From the NCBI GenBank assembly GCA_964016885.1, contig OZ024752.1:21638001-21702000 (forward strand): a stretch of 64,000 nucleotides of DNA, read 5' to 3'. Below the pieces are notes generated by a model that was not told the DNA's origin, did no database searches, and worked only from the letters and a program-made list of their open reading frames with translations. Positions within the stretch are counted from its first letter, which is position 1, and each line of letters opens with the position of its first letter. Position numbers and translations under genes: made by a program. Shown here piece by piece: positions 53,555 through 64,000 of this stretch. The stretch is from Eledone cirrhosa (lineage: Eukaryota).

Positions 53555-54360
53555 TACCATACATTGATGATCTTCCTCTTGGATTACCCATTACTCAAAT
53601 TCTCTTGCGTTCCAAACATTCGCGGCATTAATTCACTGTCTAATACAAGATTCCTGGAATCAGAATGTGCTGTTATGATGGAATACATCCTAGAATGGAA
53701 ACATAACCACAAATAATAAATGCTATCAACCATTGATAGGAACCTCACAAATATAATGCACCAAAATATACGCGAAGAGGGAGAGAAAGAAACAAAATAA
53801 AAGGAAAGGGGAAAAAAAAAAACGACCATCAATTAATTGGATTAGAAAGAAAGAAGAAATAAAAATTAAAAACAAACCAACATGTGTTGCTCCCCACACG
53901 GATATACACACATATATGTGTGTGTATTTGACATACCAACACACATGTATGTGGTATGCTAATATTATGCCATTCCTCTTGAATTAATGAATTTTAATCT
54001 TAAACATTTACCACACTGCTTCATCACTTCTAACACATTCTCAGATCCACTAGACTCTATCTATATCTACATTGATGATTTTATGCTTGGATTATCTGAT
54101 TACCCAATAGTCAAACATTCGCGGCATTAACTCACAGTTTAATGTATGATGCTGGGAAGCAGTATGTGCTGTTATGATGGAATACGTCCTAGAATGGAAA
54201 TATAACCTCAAATAATAACTGCTAGGAACCTCACAAATTTAACGCACCGAAACATACGAGAAGAGCGAGAGAAATAAATGGAAACATAAAACAAAACAAA
54301 ACAAAACCGACCACCAATTCACTGCCAAATAATTTGAATCGGATTAGACAGAGAGAAAGA
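53555..54360 (+). repeat. Diverged direct duplication (~500-bp period) of unidentified sequence
   Basis: ACATTGATGAT..TTGGATTA..CAAACATTCGCGGCATTAA..ATGTGCTGTTATGATGGAATAC..CCTAGAATGGAAA..TAGGAACCTCACAAAT..GGATTAGA occurs at ~53560-53850 and ~54070-54350. Confidence 0.85.
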
Positions 54361-54889
54361 AAAGACCCCCCAAAAAATAGAGAATATATTTATTTGCCGT
54401 TGTGCTGCCAAATGATGCCGAAAGCCACTGACCCGCATCTCCGGTCAAGAAGGCGACAGCAACGGGATAATAACATCGACCCCGCATCTTCGGTAAATGA
54501 AGGCACTCGAGCCTCAGCATACTGCCTGGCAGCCCCAACTGGTAGCAGTTTCATCTCCACCACCATTAACAAAAGGAAGGCAACAACAACAACTGTGACA
54601 TTAACGACAACAACTCTACCATTAACAAGAGGAAGCCAACCTCAGCATCAGTGACTCACCACCAGCCACTAGGTCCTATGACAAACTGATAAGTTGCTCG
54701 CATGTGTGCGTGCTGAACTCTGGGTCTTTCCGCTGGGAACAACCCCTTGTTTTCTCCCCCCCTTTTTTTTGTGTACATCCATCCATTCACTCATTCATTT
54801 ACTGCCATTCTACCTTCCTGTGTGTCCCCCTCCATGCAGCTCCTTCTTTTTTCTCTTATTTTCTGACACCTCCATATATATAGGTGAGC

Positions 54890-56849
54890 TGTGAGGCCCT
54901 CTTACCAGCACTTTCCCTTCCACCCACACATGCCAGCCACCCACCCCTGATGCCGCTTGGTGCCCCAGTCCCCGGCCCCACGCGCCATCCCCCATCCCTC
55001 CAAGCCGACACTTGCAGTACTTGCAGCACCACTAACAAACGGAAGAGGGGCCAGAACTGTTTGGGGTGCGGCTGCTTCCACCACCTGCATTGGCTTGACT
55101 TGTCGAGCTTCCAATGCCCTCGCAGCATGGAGGTGCAGGAGCTGCCCCTTCCCCACATCTTCGGAGCCACAGTCATCTGGCACACCACCAGATGGGACAG
55201 TGAGCTTGCCTGGCGCCCAAGCCTCGCTGGTCAACATCGCTTGGATCAGGTGGCTCTGGAAGATCCCACTCAGGATCCCGAGGACGACACGGGTGTCGGT
55301 AGCCAATGCCCTCGCTTCCTCGATTGAGAGCGCCCTGGACTCCAATCGAGGCTGTGACTAGGAGCGGCTGTTCTACTTCGCCCCACTCGCCCTCGGCTTC
55401 CCCAGCTCTGGCGCTGACCGGGGCGGCCGGTCAACAGCATCCTTCGTCAAGGCCAATATCTCGTCCTTTGGGCAAGCACCCAAGGACGCCACACACCCCA
55501 CCCGCAGGTACCCCCTATCCTCCACCCCCGAGGCCAGCGCTAAATGTTTGCATGACCAGGTAAATGCCAAGCTTATCATGGGTGATGTCTCGGCCGCAAT
55601 CAGAGTTGTTGTCTCAGAGGACACTGTCCTCCAACCCACCGAGGAGGTCCTGGCTGCTCTGTGACTCAAACACCCTGAGCCGCCTACTGATCTCAGACAC
55701 ATACCCCCACCTGACCCCCACTTGCTGCTTGTGGCTTCTGATGCAGACATCATGTCCGCCATCAGGTCCTTCCCAGCTAGCAGCTGCGGAGGTGTTGATG
55801 GTCTCCAACCTGGCCACCTCAAGGAGTTGTTAACCCCCCTCTCCGCTGAGGCCGGGCGCCGCCTTCTGAGTGCAATTGTGGCACTCACCAATAGGCTCAT
55901 CCATGGCGCCCTGGACCCTTACGCCCGAGGCCTCTTTTTTTCGGCCAGCCTCACCGCTCTCAGAAAGAAAGAGGGTGGCATACACCCCATTGCTGTGGGC
56001 AATGTCTTCCGGAGGCTGGCTGCCAAGGTGATTTGCAAGTCTGTAACACATGAATTGGGTTAGTAGTTTAGTACGGTGCAACTGGGTGTCGGCGTGTCCG
56101 GTGGCTGCGAGGGGCCGCTCATGCAACCAGGCAGTTCTTCCACAGCTGCCCATCGAAACCGACATCCAGGGACTCCAGGCACCTCATTGTCAAGCTTGAC
56201 ATGAGGAATGCCTTCAACTCTTTCCGCCGGGATCATCTGCTCGAGGCCTGCCTCAGCCAAGCCCCCTCTGCCTACCTGCTGGCCTACCTGTTTTATGGAG
56301 CCCCGAGCATGCTTCTTGTTGCTGATACGGTCATACCCTCGGCTACTGGGGTCCAAAAGGGCGACCCTTTGTTCGCCCTTGGTATTGACCACATCGCCCG
56401 GAGTATCACGGCCTCTCTCAACGTTTGGTATCTGGATGATGTTACGTTGGGCGGGCCCATATGGACGGTCTGCCATGACCTTCAATCAGTGGTTCCTGCC
56501 CTGGTGGGAATCGGCCTCCAGGTCAACTTGGCCAAGTCAGAGGTGGTGAATGTCAGCCTCGATGCTGCGAGCTTTGCAACCTCCATCTTGGACGTACTGT
56601 CCAATCTCCGCCAGGTTCAGGTAACCCCCAAAGAGGATGTCCTCATCCTCGGGTCACCGATCTACCCACCGGCCACCCGCTCCACCATCAGGTCCAGGCT
56701 TCAACAGCGCCAGACTCTCATGAGCTGACTGGGCTTGATTGACAGCCACCCAGCTCTCTTTCTGCTGGGGAACTGCTTTGCCATGCCGAAGCTCCTCCAT
56801 ACACTCCGCAACGCTCCGTACTACACCCAAACATCTCTCCTCACTGACC
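54890..56849 (+). pseudogene. CRE-like ORF, N-terminal part (PHD finger and RT core)
   Basis: CSTC..CLGC..H..C..WRCRSC, RIPRTTRVSVA, SFPASSCGGVDGL, LRKKEGGIHPIAVGNVFRRL, QLGVGVSGGCE, KLDMRNAFNS, GVQKGDPL, WYLDDVTLGG. Several stops and frameshifts. Confidence 0.88.
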
Positions 56850-56924
56850 ACAAATAATGTTATGATCTTATTTCATGAAATCTGTTCATCTCTCAAAATA
56901 CTGTAGCCAAATCTTTTTATGTTA

Positions 56925-57021
56925 ACCTCATTTCGAAATCACTATTCTCTCTTTTAAGTCATAATGTCTCATTTTGAAATCCTTAATCTCACTTTGAATT
57001 GGCAAGACCTCACTTTGAAAT
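56925..57021 (-). repeat. ~21-bp periodic repeats, inverted relative to 49960-50057
   Basis: CTCACTTTGAA / CTCATTTTGAAATC units are the reverse complement of TTTCAAAGTGAG. Confidence 0.55.
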
Positions 57022-57649
57022 ATATTCTAATTTAGAATTACAATACTGTACTATCAAAATATGGAAGAAACTCCCAGAAGCTATCATCAGAGTCATCCAG
57101 CTGATGGAATGCAGGCTTTCAAATGTTGGCTGCAGCTACATCTGTCTGTTGTTATTCTCATCTCCAGAAATGTACTGAACCATTGATTGTCCATTTGGAA
57201 CCCTATTTCAAAAAGATACACAAATGTATCCCAATATATAAGTATGTTTACTGTCAGTTGACTTCAATACCAGAAATTCTGTAGCTCACTGATGTCTAAT
57301 GAGAGCCATATGGGTAGTCACTGAGAACACAACTAATAGGAAACAATGACACCATAGTAAGACTTCAACTTTTACTGTCTACATATAATAATTTGCCATG
57401 TGCTTTTATTTGCTATAATCAAATGAAATACTCTGAAAGTAGGCGGCTGTCAGAGAGAAAGTAAATAAAAGTGAGTGAAAGCGTGAGCTAAAATTGAAAG
57501 AGTTTTGATCATATACTGGCGTGATGCCCGGGAGAGGGAAACAGTTCATACCTATGATGACATAACACCTGTTCTTATAGTTACACCTGTAATCAAACTC
57601 ATATTCCTGCATAGTCACTTGATTATGAGACTGATGCACTGCCTTCTCT

Positions 57650-60318
57650 GCCTGTACTCCTACTCATACTGCTACTCAGACTTCTACTCAACCCCACACC
57701 TCTACTCATCCCCATACCTCTACTCATCCCCATACCTCTACTCATCCCCATACCTCTACTCAACCCCATACCTCTACTAAACCCCATACCTCTACTCAAC
57801 CCCATACTTCTACTCAACCCCACACCTCTACCCAACCCCATACCTCTACTCAACCCCACACCTCTACTCAACCCCATACTTCTACTCATCCCCATACTTC
57901 TACTCAACCCCATACCTCTACTCAACTCCATATCTCTACTTAACCCCATACCTCTACTCAACCCCATACCTCTACTCAACCCCATACCTCTACTCATCCC
58001 CACACGTCTACTCAACCCCATACCTCTACCCAACCTCATACCTCTATTCAAACCCATGCCTCTACTCATCCCCATACCTCTACTCATCCCCATACCTGTA
58101 CTCAACCCCATACCTCTACCCAACCCAATACCTCTACTCATTGCCACACTTCTACTCATCCCCATACTTCTACTCATCCCCACACGTCTATTCAACCCCA
58201 TACCTCTACTCATCCCCATACCTCTACTCAACCCCATACCTCTACTCAACCCCATACCTCTACTCAACCCCATACCTGTACTCAACCCCATACCTCTACT
58301 CAACCCCATACCTCTACTCAACCCCATACCTCTACTCATCCCCACACGTCTACTCAACCCCATACCTCTACTCAACCCCATACCTCTACTCAACCCCAGA
58401 CCTCTACTCATCCCCATACCTCTACTCATTCCCATACCTCTATTCATCCCCATACCTCTACTTAACCCCATAAATATACTCATCCCCATACCTCTACCCA
58501 ACCTCATACCTCTATTCAAACCCATACCTCTACTCATCCCCATACCTCTACTCATCCCCATACCTGTACTCAACCCCATACCTCTACCCAACCCAATACC
58601 TCTACTCATCGCCACACTTCTACTCATCCCCATACCGCTACTCATCCCCTCACGTCTATTCAACCCCATACCTCTACTCATCCCCATACCTCTACTCAAC
58701 CCCATACCTCTACTCAACCCCATACCTCTACTCAACCCCATACCTCTACTCAACCCCATACCTCTACTCAACCCCATACCTCTACTCAACCCCATACCTC
58801 TACTCATCCCCATACCTCTACTCAACCCCATACCTCTACTCAACCCCATACCTCTACTCAACCCCATACCTCTACTCATCGCCACACTTCTACTCAACCC
58901 CATACCTCTACTCATCCCCACACATCTACTCAACCCCATACCTCTACTCAACCCCATACCTCTACTCAACCCCATACCTGTACTCAACCCCATACCTCTA
59001 CTCAACCTCATACCTCTACTCAACCCAATACCTCTACTCAACCCCATACTTCTACTCATCCCCATACCTCTACTCAACCCCATACCTCTACTCAACCCCA
59101 TACCTCTACTCAACCCCATATATCTACTCAACCCCATACCTCTACTCATCCCCACACGTCTACTCAACCCCATACCTCTACTCAACCCCATACCTCTACT
59201 CAACCCCAGACCTCTACTCATCCCCATACCTCTACTCATTCCCATACCTCTATTCATCCCCACACGTCTATTCAACCCCATACCTCTACTCATCCCCATA
59301 CCTCTACTCAACCCCATACCTCTACTCAACCCCATACCTCTACTCAACCCCATACCTGTACTCAACCCCATACCTCTACTCAACCCTATACCTCTACTCA
59401 ACCCCATACCTCTACTCATCCCCACACGTCTACTCAACCCCATACCTCTACTCAACCCCATACCTCTACTCAACCCCAGACCTCTACTCAACCCCATACC
59501 TCTACTCATTCCCATACCTCTATTCATCCCCATACCTCTACTTAACCCCATAAATATACTCATCCCCATACCTCTACCCAACCTCATACCTCTATTCAAA
59601 CCCATACCTCTACTCATCCCCATACCTCTACTCATCCCCATACCTGTACTCAACCCCATACCTCTACCCAACCCAATACCTCTACTCATCGCCACACTTC
59701 TACTCATCCCCATACCGCTACTCATCCCCTCACGTCTATTCAACCCCATACCTCTACTCATCCCCATACCTCTACTCAACCCCATACCTCTACTCAACCC
59801 CATACCTCTACTCAACCCCATACCTCTACTCAACACCATACCTCTACTCAACCCCATACCTCTACTCAACCCCATACCTCTACTCATTGCCATACCTCTA
59901 CTCATCCCCATACCTCTACTCAACCCCATACCTCTACTCAACCCCATACCTCTACTCAACCCCATACCTCTACTCATCGCCACACTTCTACTCAACCCCA
60001 TACCTCTACTCATCCCCACACGTCTACTCAACCCCATACCTCTACTCAACCCCATACCTCTACTCAACCCCATACCTGTAATCAACCCCATACCTCTACT
60101 CAACCTCATACCTCTACTCAACCCAATACCTCTACTCAACCCCATACTTCTACTCATCCCCATACCTCTACTCAACCCCATACCTCTACTCAACCCCATA
60201 CCTCTACTCAACCCCATACCTCTACTCAACCCCATATATCTACTCAACCCCATACCTCTACTCATCCCCACACTTCTACTCAGCCTCATACCCGTACTCA
60301 TCCACCTTTACTCAACCT
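57650..60318. repeat. 18-bp minisatellite, ~148 copies
   Basis: Unit CCTCTACTCAACCCCATA with no visible indels; the minus strand has one GGGG tract per unit. Confidence 0.97.
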
Positions 60319-60431
60319 CATGTTATTGTACCTGGTCCCTCCATCCTCAGTCATACCCTGAGTTATGTCAAGTGTAAACTTTCATTATTGTTCAACAATA
60401 AATTCCCATATATGGAGTGGAGTGAATGACT

Positions 60432-62194
60432 AAAACAACAACAACAACAACAATTACACCCACAACAACAACAACAACAACAACAATTACACCCACAACA
60501 ACAACAACAATTACACCCACAACAACAACAACAACAACAATTACACCCACAACAATAACAACAACAATAACAATTACACCAACAACAATAACAATAAAAA
60601 TTACACCAACAACAACAAAAACAACAATAACAATTACACCTACAACAACAATAACAATTACACCAACAACAACAACAATAACAATAACAATAACAATTAC
60701 ACCAACAACAACAACAACAACAATAACAATTACACCAACAACAACAAAAAAAACAATAACAATTACACCAACAACAACAACAACAATAACAATTACACCA
60801 ACAACAACAACAATAACAATAACAATTACACCAACAACAACAACAACAACAATAACAATTACACCAACAAGAACAACAATTACAATTACACCAACAACAA
60901 CAACAATAACAATTACACCAACAACAACAACAACAACAATAACAATTACACCAACAACAACAAAAAAAACAATAACAATTACACCTACAACAACAATAAC
61001 AATAACAATTACACCAACAACAACAACAATAACAATTACACCAACAACAACAACAAAAAACAAAAACAATTACACCAACAACAACAACAAGAACAACAAT
61101 TACAATTACACCAACAACAACAACAACAATAACAATTACACCAACAACAACAACAAGAACAACAATTACAATTACACCAACAACAACAACAACAATAACA
61201 ATTACACCAACAACAACAACAATAACAATAACAATTACACCAACAACAACAACAACAACAATAACAATTACACCAACAAGAACAACAATTACAATTACAC
61301 CAACAACAACAACAATAACAATTACACCAACAACAACAACAACAACAATAACAATTACACCAACAACAACAAAAAAAACAATAACAATTACACCTACAAC
61401 AACAATAACAATAACAATTACACCAACAACAACAACAATAACAATTACACCAACAACAACAACAAAAAACAAAAACAATTACACCAACAACAACAACAAG
61501 AACAACAATTACAATTACACCAACAACAACAACAACAATAACAATTACACCAACAACAACAACAAGAACAACAATTACAATTACACCAACAACAAGAACA
61601 ACAATTACAATTACACCAACAACAACAACAACGATAACAATTACACCAACAACAACAACAAGAACAACAATAACAATTACACCAACAACAAGAACAACAA
61701 TTACACCAACAACAACAACAACAACAACAACAAAAACAATAACAACAACAACAAAACAATAACAATTACACCAACAACAACAACAACAACAATTACACCA
61801 ACAACAACAACAACAACAAAAACAATAACAACAACAACAACAACAATAACAATTACACCAACAACAACAACAAAACAATAACAATTACAACAACAACAAC
61901 AACAATAACAATTACACCAACAACAACAACAATAACAATTACACCAACAACAAGAACAACAATTACAATTACACCAACAACAACAACAACAATAACAATT
62001 ACACCAACAACAACAACAAAACAATAACAATTACACCAACAACAACAACAATAACAATTACACCAACAACAACAACAATAACAATTACACCAACAACAAG
62101 AACAACAATTACACCAACAACAACAACAACAAAAACAATAACAACAACAACAAAACAATAACAATTACACCAACAACAACAACAACAACAATTA

Positions 62195-62225
<31 letters not shown>

Positions 62226-64000
62226 TACACCAACAACAACAACAACAACAAAAACAATAACAACAACAACAACAACAACAATAACAATTACACCAACAAC
62301 AACAACAAAACAATAACAATTACAACAACAACAACAACAATAACAATTACACCAACAACAACAACAATAACAATTACACCAACAACAAGAACAACAATTA
62401 CAATTACACCAACAACAACAACAACAATAACAATTACACCAACAACAACAACAAAACAATAACAATTACACCAACAACAACAACAATAACAATTACACCA
62501 ACAACAACAACAATAACAATTACACCAACAACAAGAACAACAATTACAATTACACCAACAACAACAACAATAACAATTACACCAACAACAACAACAACAA
62601 TAACAATTACACCAACAACAACAACAACAATTACACCAACAACAACAATAACAATAACACCAACAACAACAATAACAATAACAATTACACCAACAACAAC
62701 AATAACAATTACACCAACAACAACAATAACAATTACACCAACAACAACAACAATTACACCAACAACAACAACAACAATTACACCAACAACAACAATAACA
62801 ATTACACCAACAACAACAACAACAATTACACCAACAACAACAACAACAATTACACCAACAACAACAACAACAATTACAACAACAACAACAATAACAATTA
62901 CACCAACAACAACAACAATTACACCAACAACAACAAAAACAATTACACCAACAACAACAATAACAATTACACCAAACCAACAACAATAACAATTACACCA
63001 ACAACAACAACAACAATTACACCAACAACAACAACAACAATTACACCAACAACAACAACAATTGCACCAACAACAACAACAACAATTACACCAACAACAA
63101 CAACAACAATTACAACAACAATAACAATTACACCAACAACAATAACAATTACACCAACAACAACAATAACAATTACACCAACAACAACAATAACAATTAC
63201 ACCAACAACAACAACAACAATTACACCAACAACAACAACAACAATTACACCAACAACAACAACAACAATAACAATTACACCAACAACAACAACAACAATT
63301 ACACCAACAACAACAATAACAATTACACCAACAACAACAATAACAATTACACCAACAACAACAATAACAATTACACCAACAACAACAACAACAATTACAC
63401 CAACAACAACAATAACAATAACACCAACAACAACAACAACAATTACACCAACAACAACAATAACAATAACAATTACACCAACAACAACAATAACAATTAC
63501 ACCAACAACAACAATAACAATAACAATTACACCAACAACAACAACAACAATTACACAAACAACAACAATAACAATAACAATTACACCAACAACAACAGTA
63601 ACAATTACACCAACAACAACAACAACAATTACACCAACAACAACAATAACAATAACAATTACACCAACAACAACAGTAACAATTACACCAACAACAACAA
63701 CAACAACAATAACAATTACACCAACAACAACAACAATAACAATTACACCAACAACAAGAACAACAATTACAATTACACCAACAACAACAACAATAACAAT
63801 TACACCAACAACAACAACAACAATAACAATTACACCAACAACAACAACAACAATTACACCAACAACAACAATAACAATAACACCAACAACAACAATAACA
63901 ATAACAATTACACCAACAACAACAATAACAATTACACCAACAACAACAATAACAATTACACCAACAACAACAACAATTACACCAACAACAACAACAACAA
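60432..64000. repeat. Compound (AAC)n repeat punctuated by AAT(AAC)AATTACACC anchors; runs off the window end
   Basis: Variable (AAC)2-9 runs between constant AATTACACC anchors; internal block duplications of ~409 and ~435 bp. Confidence 0.97.

Larger units (their letters stand above)
52373..56849 (-). mobile_element. CRE-clade-like non-LTR retrotransposon (PHD + RT + restriction-like endonuclease), 5'-inverted, with 11-bp TSD
   Basis: The 3' part lies on minus (53470-52373) and the 5' part on plus (to 56849). TSD ACAAATAATGT at 52362-52372 and 56850-56860. A 38-bp segment is duplicated at the inversion point. Confidence 0.8.

Noticed and set aside
54680-54732. Hammerhead-like CTGATAA..hairpin..GAACTCTGGGTC upstream of the CRE ORF
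   Set aside because: Two core deviations (CUGAUAA, GAAC) and only a 3-bp stem I; not supportable without a family consensus.
60426-63558. Mucin-like poly-Thr or Cys/Val-rich ORFs
   Set aside because: Translation of (AAC)n; frameshifts at ~61060 and elsewhere; no non-repetitive domain.

Overview
Eukaryotic, AT-rich, repeat-dominated invertebrate DNA. The SINE, MITE and microsatellite landscape resembles octopus/cephalopod genomes (recognition from memory, not verified). About 70% of the window is four tandem arrays: an 82-bp satellite (10.0-27.3 kb), a 30-bp satellite (27.5-48.6 kb), an 18-bp minisatellite (57.7-60.3 kb) and an AAC-based compound repeat (60.4-64 kb). Nearly all listed ORFs there are by-products of the repeats. 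The remaining sequence holds decayed mobile elements: a Penelope-like element (RT C-terminus + GIY-YIG), an internally deleted Helitron with an intact 3' hairpin/CTAG end, an RTE-type LINE with a PHD finger inside its RT region, tRNA-derived SINE clusters and MITEs. There are also two adjacent 5'-inverted (twin-primed) non-LTR insertions, one RTE-like and one CRE-like, each with a recognisable target-site duplication. The most notable non-coding signal is a minimal hammerhead ribozyme with a complete catalytic core at 7993-8055, plus degenerate relatives. Two small candidate host exons flank a ~40-kb, almost purely satellite putative intron. No intact protein-coding gene, rRNA, tRNA or CRISPR array is supported.
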